Positions 58,970 through 64,000 of a stretch of 64,000 nt of DNA are shown here, one piece after another. This stretch comes from Salibacteraceae bacterium (lineage in GTDB: Bacteria > Bacteroidota > Bacteroidia > Flavobacteriales_G > Salibacteraceae): NCBI GenBank assembly GCA_049606935.1, contig JBMYWA010000001.1:31904-95903 (forward strand). The letters run 5' to 3'. The notes beneath the pieces are model-generated. The model worked only from the letters and a program-made list of their open reading frames with translations. It ran no database searches and had not been told where the DNA came from. Each line of letters opens with the position of its first letter. The first letter of the stretch is position 1. A program made the position numbers and the translations under genes.

Positions 58970-60003
58970 CAAATACACGAAAAGTAATTTTGATGGTGTT
59001 CATTGCCATTCTTTATTTTGCATTTGATACTCTGTTACAAGCAGGTTTTTTTTATTCCATAAATCCTAGTACCAATAAAGATGTTGAAATAATATCAGAT
59101 GTTTATGGACCAGAAGACATGGAGTGGGACTGGGAGAAAAACGTAGTTTTTATATCTTCTACTAACCGAAGAGCCTTCGAGAAAGGTGAGCCAGATATAG
59201 ATGACGGAATTTATATTCTTACTCCGAAAAATAACAATGTTTTTAAATTGAGTACAGATTTCATTGGAGAATTTCATCCGCATGGATTATCGTTATTTAA
59301 ACAAGAGGGAAAGCAATATTTATATGTGGTAAACCATTCTTCAAGTGGTAGTTCTGTGGAGCTATTTCATGTGGAAGATTCTAGCTTGATTCATTTAAAA
59401 ACTTATACCCATGAAATAATGTTTAGCCCGAATGATGTAGTAGGTAATGAAATTGGGAAATTCTATGTAACTAATGATCACGGTAATAAATCATCCAAAG
59501 GAAAGATGGTTGAAAATTATTTAAGAATGCCTTATTCTTATGTCTTGTACTTTGATGGTGTAAAGTATAAAAAAGCTTATCAAGGATTGGTTTATGCCAA
59601 TGGAATTCAGTTTTCAAACTCAGGAGATCAGGTGTTTGTAACCCACACCATAGGTCATGAACTAATTGTATTAAAAAGAGATAAAAATACAGGAAACCTA
59701 AGGGAACATAAAAAGTTAAATTTATCAGCAGGGTTAGATAATATTGATGTGGATTTGGATGGAAACATTTGGGTAGCTTCTCATCCTAAATTGCTAAAAT
59801 TTGGCGCGCATAAAGCCGATTCTCAAAACTACTCTCCCTCTAAGGTTATAAAAATTCTCACGGAGAAAAATAAATATGAAGCCTCTGTAATTTTTGAAAA
59901 TGATGGGTCTTTGCTTTCCGGGTCTAGCGTGGCGGTATCAAACGGACAAACGGTGTATGTGGGATGTGTGTTTGATAAAAAAATATTGAAAATTAAACTG
60001 TAA
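58966..60003 (+). CDS. Paraoxonase/arylesterase-like six-bladed beta-propeller lactonase (SMP-30/strictosidine-synthase-like superfamily)
   Basis: GPED, FHPHGLS, VVNH, PNDV, FYVTNDH, ANGI, LDNI; ATGA overlap with the MORN gene. Confidence 0.85.
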   Translation: MTNTRKVILMVFIAILYFAFDTLLQAGFFYSINPSTNKDVEIISDVYGPEDMEWDWEKNVVFISSTNRRAFEKGEPDIDDGIYILTPKNNNVFKLSTDFIGEFHPHGLSLFKQEGKQYLYVVNHSSSGSSVELFHVEDSSLIHLKTYTHEIMFSPNDVVGNEIGKFYVTNDHGNKSSKGKMVENYLRMPYSYVLYFDGVKYKKAYQGLVYANGIQFSNSGDQVFVTHTIGHELIVLKRDKNTGNLREHKKLNLSAGLDNIDVDLDGNIWVASHPKLLKFGAHKADSQNYSPSKVIKILTEKNKYEASVIFENDGSLLSGSSVAVSNGQTVYVGCVFDKKILKIKL

Positions 60004-60151
60004 TTCTACCAATAGATTAAACATCTATTTTTTGAGAAGTGTTGTAATGTTAAAAGGCCATTATTCCCTATACTTTCCTATTTACTTATTACCCTTTATC
60101 ATTGGGTTTGAATATATTTGTTACCCTTAATTAAAATCTAAAACTAACATT

Positions 60152-60712
60152 ATGCAAGACAGTCAATTCTACATTAAAAATGGATTAATATACGGTACCG
60201 TTAATATCATTTATTTAATGATTACCTATGTAATGGGAGTAGATACAATGATGAGTTATTATAATGTAGGCTTGTCTTTATTGGTTAGTTTAGGTTTAAT
60301 GGTTTTTATGGGTACTCAAGTTAGAGGCGCAATGGGAGGTTATATGACTTTAAGTGAGGGCTTTAAATCACTTATGGTTATTTATGGATTAGGAGCATTT
60401 TTGTATTTACTTTTTAACCATGTACTAGGTACAGTTATTGATCCGGAGTTGCCAGGTAAATTAGCAGAGGCCACAATTGAGAAAAGTATGTCAATGATGG
60501 AAAGCTTTGACCTACCAGAAGACCAAATTGAAGAAATGTACGATGAGATGGAAAGCGAAATAAGTAAGTCAATGTATGAGAATTATTCCGTTTTGGGTTT
60601 TGCTAAAACATATGTTATGACATTGTTTTTTGGAGCAATTGGAGCAGTAATAGGTGCGGCCATCACAAAGAAAGAAAATCCTAATCCTTTTAATGAAAAC
60701 AATGCAGGATAG
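60152..60712 (+). CDS. DUF4199 membrane protein
   Basis: G.I.G, GGY.....GFK, IDPE, four TMs, C-terminal KK. Confidence 0.8.
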   Translation: MQDSQFYIKNGLIYGTVNIIYLMITYVMGVDTMMSYYNVGLSLLVSLGLMVFMGTQVRGAMGGYMTLSEGFKSLMVIYGLGAFLYLLFNHVLGTVIDPELPGKLAEATIEKSMSMMESFDLPEDQIEEMYDEMESEISKSMYENYSVLGFAKTYVMTLFFGAIGAVIGAAITKKENPNPFNENNAG

Positions 60713-60716
60713 TTAA

Positions 60717-61691
60717 ATGAGCATTAAAGAAAAATTAGATATTTCAGTGGTCATTCCTCTTTTTAATGAAGAGGAATCATTGAAAGAGCTTGCCGACTGG
60801 ATTGATCGAGTAATGGTGGCTCACAAGTATTCGTATGAAGTGCTTTTTATTGATGATGGAAGTACCGACTCGTCTTGGAATATCGTGGAATCTTTATCCG
60901 CATCCAACCCCAATATGAAGGGAATTAAATTTCGTAGAAATTATGGTAAATCAGGAGCATTACATGTAGGGTTTCAACAAACTCTGGGGGATGTAGTGAT
61001 GACAATGGATGCTGATTTACAAGATAGTCCAGATGAAATTCCAGAATTGTATGATTTAATCATGAAGGATGGTTTTGATTTGATTTCAGGATGGAAGAAA
61101 GAACGTTATGACCCAATTACTAAAACAATTCCAACCAAATTATTTAATTGGGCAACTCGAAAGCTATCCGGTATAGAGTTAAACGACTTTAATTGTGGAT
61201 TAAAATCTTACCGAGGAACCGTGGTTCGTTCTATTGAGGTGTATGGTGAAATGCATCGTTATATACCCGTAATTGCTAAACGTAGTGGATTTACTAAAAT
61301 TGGTGAAAAAGTGGTAAAACATTACCCGCGTAAATATGGGGTGACAAAATTTGGATTGGAACGTTTTATTAATGGATTTCTAGACTTATTAAGCATAACA
61401 TTTGTAACCAAGTATGGAAAAAAACCGATGCATTTTTTCGGCCTTTTCGGCACGCTAATGTTTTTTATTGGATTTGTAATTGCAGGATATTTAGGGGCCG
61501 AGAAACTCTATTATGTAATGAATAATGAATCACTGAGATTGGTTACGGATAGCCCTATGTTTTACATCTCTCTAGTCATGATGATTTTAGGTACCCAAAT
61601 GTTTTTAGCCGGGTTTTTAGGCGAGATGATTTCAAGATCCTCTTCGGATAGAAATAAATATCAAATTGAGTCTCAATCCAATTTAGACTAA
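60717..61691 (+). CDS. GT2 polyprenol-phosphate glycosyltransferase (ArnC/GtrB-like)
   Basis: SVVIP.FNEE, DDGS.D, RNYGKS, DADLQD, D.NCG.K, GE.HRY.P, two C-terminal TMs. Confidence 0.92.
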   Translation: MSIKEKLDISVVIPLFNEEESLKELADWIDRVMVAHKYSYEVLFIDDGSTDSSWNIVESLSASNPNMKGIKFRRNYGKSGALHVGFQQTLGDVVMTMDADLQDSPDEIPELYDLIMKDGFDLISGWKKERYDPITKTIPTKLFNWATRKLSGIELNDFNCGLKSYRGTVVRSIEVYGEMHRYIPVIAKRSGFTKIGEKVVKHYPRKYGVTKFGLERFINGFLDLLSITFVTKYGKKPMHFFGLFGTLMFFIGFVIAGYLGAEKLYYVMNNESLRLVTDSPMFYISLVMMILGTQMFLAGFLGEMISRSSSDRNKYQIESQSNLD

Positions 61692-61694
61692 GAA

Positions 61695-62663
61695 ATGTCA
61701 AGATATTATTCGGCCATAATTCCATTGTATAATAGGCCAGATGAAATTGAGGAGCTATTAGAATCTCTTACAAAGCAAACTTTTTCCAATTTTGAAGTAG
61801 TCATCATAGAAGATGGTTCTGCACATGATGCAAAGGATATTGTAGAAAAATATTCGGATAAATTAAACATCCAGTATCACTTTAAAGAAAATGGAGGACA
61901 AGGGTTTGCTAGAAATGTGGGCTTTGAAATTGCAAAAGGAGATTACTTCGTAATTTTTGATTCTGATGCAATTATTCCTTCCCATTACTTTCAGGCAGTT
62001 GAGAATTATTTAAATACTTCTTATGTAGATGCCTTTGGTGGACCAGATGCTGCACATGAATCTTTTAGCCCAGTTCAAAAGGCAATTAGTTACTCTATGA
62101 CTTCTCTTTTTACAACAGGTGGAATAAGAGGTCGTGAAAAACATGTAGGACAATTTCACCCAAGAAGCTTTAATATGGGGCTTTCTAGAAAAGTGTACCA
62201 ATCTGTTGGTGGTTTTGTTATTACTAGAATGGGTGAAGATATTGAGTTTTCTATCCGAATTATTAATGCTGGTTTCAAAACAGCCTTAATACCTAAAGCC
62301 TTTATTTATCATAAACGAAGAACCAGTTTAGGTCAGTTTTATAAGCAACTTCATTTTTTTGGAAGAGCCCGAATAAATATTTGGAGGTTCTATTCTTCAG
62401 AATTAAAACCAGTACATTTATTACCCGCGTTTTTTGTAGCATGTATTTGGGTCTGGTTATTGTCATTTATAGTGTATAAACCACTATTTTTTTTAGGTAT
62501 GATAATTCTGGTGCTATATTACGCAGCAATTGTTGTGGATTCTATGATTCAAAATAAATCTATAGGTATTGGGTTATTAAGTATCCCAACTTCATTTATT
62601 CAGCTATATGCTTATGGAATTGGGTTTTACACAGAATTATATACGAAACTCACAAAAGGCTAA
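61695..62663 (+). CDS. GT2 glycosyltransferase
   Basis: IIP.YNRP, EDGS, ARN.G, DSD, GEDIE, Q...FG..R. Confidence 0.9.
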   Translation: MSRYYSAIIPLYNRPDEIEELLESLTKQTFSNFEVVIIEDGSAHDAKDIVEKYSDKLNIQYHFKENGGQGFARNVGFEIAKGDYFVIFDSDAIIPSHYFQAVENYLNTSYVDAFGGPDAAHESFSPVQKAISYSMTSLFTTGGIRGREKHVGQFHPRSFNMGLSRKVYQSVGGFVITRMGEDIEFSIRIINAGFKTALIPKAFIYHKRRTSLGQFYKQLHFFGRARINIWRFYSSELKPVHLLPAFFVACIWVWLLSFIVYKPLFFLGMIILVLYYAAIVVDSMIQNKSIGIGLLSIPTSFIQLYAYGIGFYTELYTKLTKG

Positions 62664-62667
62664 CAAC

Positions 62668-63366
62668 ATGCAACTTAGATTTTCTTTATTTAACAAAATT
62701 TCATTCTTTTTGATCTTATTTGGATTCATTTTTTCAAATTCAATAACAGCTCAAAAAACTAATGTTACCGATGAGAATGGTTTGAAACAAGGTTATTGGG
62801 AGAAAAAGCAAAGTAACGGAAGTACCAAGTATAAAGGACAGTTTAAAGACGATAAACCGTATGGTAAGTTTAAATATTATGATAAACACGGTACCATAAT
62901 TACAATATTAGAGTATTCATCACCAGACTCGGCAATTGCCACTCACTATCATTCTTCAGGAAAAAAAGCTGCGTATGGGTATTATGTTCATCAAAAAAAA
63001 GAAGGAGTTTGGCGATTTTATGATAGAACAGGATTATTGGCAAGTAAAGAGAACTTTAAAGATGGTGTACTGGAAGGTGAATACATTGTTTACAATTTGA
63101 ATGGCTCTATTTCGCGAGAAACATTTTATGTAAAGGGTGTTGAAAATGGTTATCGAAAAACCTTTAGTAGCGAAGGAGAACTTCTTACAGAGGGTAATAT
63201 TTTAGATGGCCAAATGGATGGAATTCAAAAAATATATCGCGGAGGAAAAATAAACATACAAGGAGCATATAAACATGCTGTGCGCGATGGAGAATGGAAT
63301 TATTACGATGAAAATGGAGAACTATATAAAACGGAAATTTATGAGCTTGGAATTCGAAAAAACTAA
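62668..63366 (+). CDS. MORN-variant (YwqK-like) repeat exported protein
   Basis: Start moved to MQLRF; signal peptide; repeated G...G.W..Y...G.L. Confidence 0.8.
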   Translation: MQLRFSLFNKISFFLILFGFIFSNSITAQKTNVTDENGLKQGYWEKKQSNGSTKYKGQFKDDKPYGKFKYYDKHGTIITILEYSSPDSAIATHYHSSGKKAAYGYYVHQKKEGVWRFYDRTGLLASKENFKDGVLEGEYIVYNLNGSISRETFYVKGVENGYRKTFSSEGELLTEGNILDGQMDGIQKIYRGGKINIQGAYKHAVRDGEWNYYDENGELYKTEIYELGIRKN

Positions 63367-64000
63367 AGAGCACTTATTTCTAATCGCGTTTCTACTAATT
63401 GGTAATTATCTTTTTGCTCAAGTTGCACCTGAAAAATATTGGATTCAATTTACAGATAAAAACAATAGTCCATTCTCAATTTCTAACCCATCGGCTTACC
63501 TTAGTCAAAGAGCTATTGACCGAAGAGCCAACCAAAATATTCAAATTACAGAACAAGATCTTCCAGTAAACCCTAGCTATGTATTGGGAGTTGAACAATC
63601 AGCAGCTGTAAACGTTTTGATTTCTTCTAGATGGCTGAATGGTATTGTGATTCAAACTACAGATACTAATGGGTTAGACGCAATTATGAATTTGCCCTTT
63701 GTTGATTCTGCTGGCTCCAGGTCTGTGCAGAAATCCTTTTTTGGAGAAACATCCAGTAAAATGAAACTCCAGGGTACTAAAGTTCCTGCAGAAAAAAAGT
63801 CGCCTAATAATGACCGTTCCATTGATTACGGATACTCAGAAAATCAAAACAAAATGATTCATGTAGATTACCTTCATAACCTAGGTTTTACTGGGTCAGG
63901 TATGGTTATAGCCATTTTAGATGCAGGTTTTTACGGTTCTGATACTACCACCGTTTTAACCTCTTTGTTTGCTGATAATAGAGTGTTGGGTACTTGGGAT
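63341..64000 (+). CDS. S8 (subtilisin-like) serine peptidase, 3'-truncated by window edge
   Basis: Not in the ORF track. Open frame MSLEFEKTKEHLFLIAFLLIGNYLFAQ-VAPEKYWIQFTDK...LSQRAIDRR...DLPVN...HNLGFTGSGMVIAILDAGF (catalytic Asp motif). Confidence 0.85.
   Translation, partial: MSLEFEKTKEHLFLIAFLLIGNYLFAQVAPEKYWIQFTDKNNSPFSISNPSAYLSQRAIDRRANQNIQITEQDLPVNPSYVLGVEQSAAVNVLISSRWLNGIVIQTTDTNGLDAIMNLPFVDSAGSRSVQKSFFGETSSKMKLQGTKVPAEKKSPNNDRSIDYGYSENQNKMIHVDYLHNLGFTGSGMVIAILDAGFYGSDTTTVLTSLFADNRVLGTWD

Noticed and set aside
62668-63366. Toxin-antitoxin system (YwqK-like antitoxin label)
   Set aside because: Signal-peptide-bearing MORN-variant repeat protein in an envelope operon, with no adjacent toxin.
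4343-63373. Many short ORF-track entries overlapping real genes (e.g. 6500-6943, 13341-13703, 28263-28715, 34390-34809, 41169-41531, 45406-45750, 54465-54716)
   Set aside because: Mostly antisense shadows of well-conserved genes, with no recognisable motifs, signals or promoters.
1-64000. CRISPR arrays, tRNA/rRNA genes, prophage or integron
   Set aside because: No regularly spaced repeats, cloverleaf or rRNA-like GC-rich segments, integrases or phage genes were seen; all gaps are 430 bp or less.

Overview
AT-rich, gene-dense core-chromosome segment of a Bacteroidota bacterium, most likely Flavobacteriales. This is inferred from repeated TAnnTTTG -7 promoter boxes, A-rich leaders without Shine-Dalgarno sites, a T9SS type-B C-terminal domain, DUF4136/DUF4294/DUF6702/DUF4199 genes, a fused E1 alpha/beta 2-oxoacid dehydrogenase and a type-B L31. 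It holds about 60 CDS, mostly housekeeping (miaA, cca, mltF, tpx, trxB, htpG, aroE, comA, glmM, cysteine desulfurase, rpmE2, lon, ltaE, typA, several peptidases, glycosyltransferases). I saw no rRNA, tRNA, CRISPR array, prophage or transposase. The most interesting observations are: (1) two short secreted proteins that have diverged almost completely except for a C-terminal TPEFxKLFFNFI tail conserved despite 8 synonymous codon changes; one heads a PadR-PspC envelope-stress operon whose promoter has a palindromic operator and a 21-bp-period direct repeat; (2) an ECF sigma factor followed by a membrane-anchored anti-sigma-like protein ending in PKD plus a T9SS type-B sorting domain; (3) sigma54-like -24/-12 boxes before both htpG and lon; (4) two apparent pseudoenzymes (a Swt1-like HEPN protein and a dienelactone hydrolase); (5) a candidate orphan sRNA; (6) a 25-bp perfect palindrome at the end of an HTH-less AraC-sensor-like membrane protein. 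All family calls come from recognising motifs by eye; no database searches were run.
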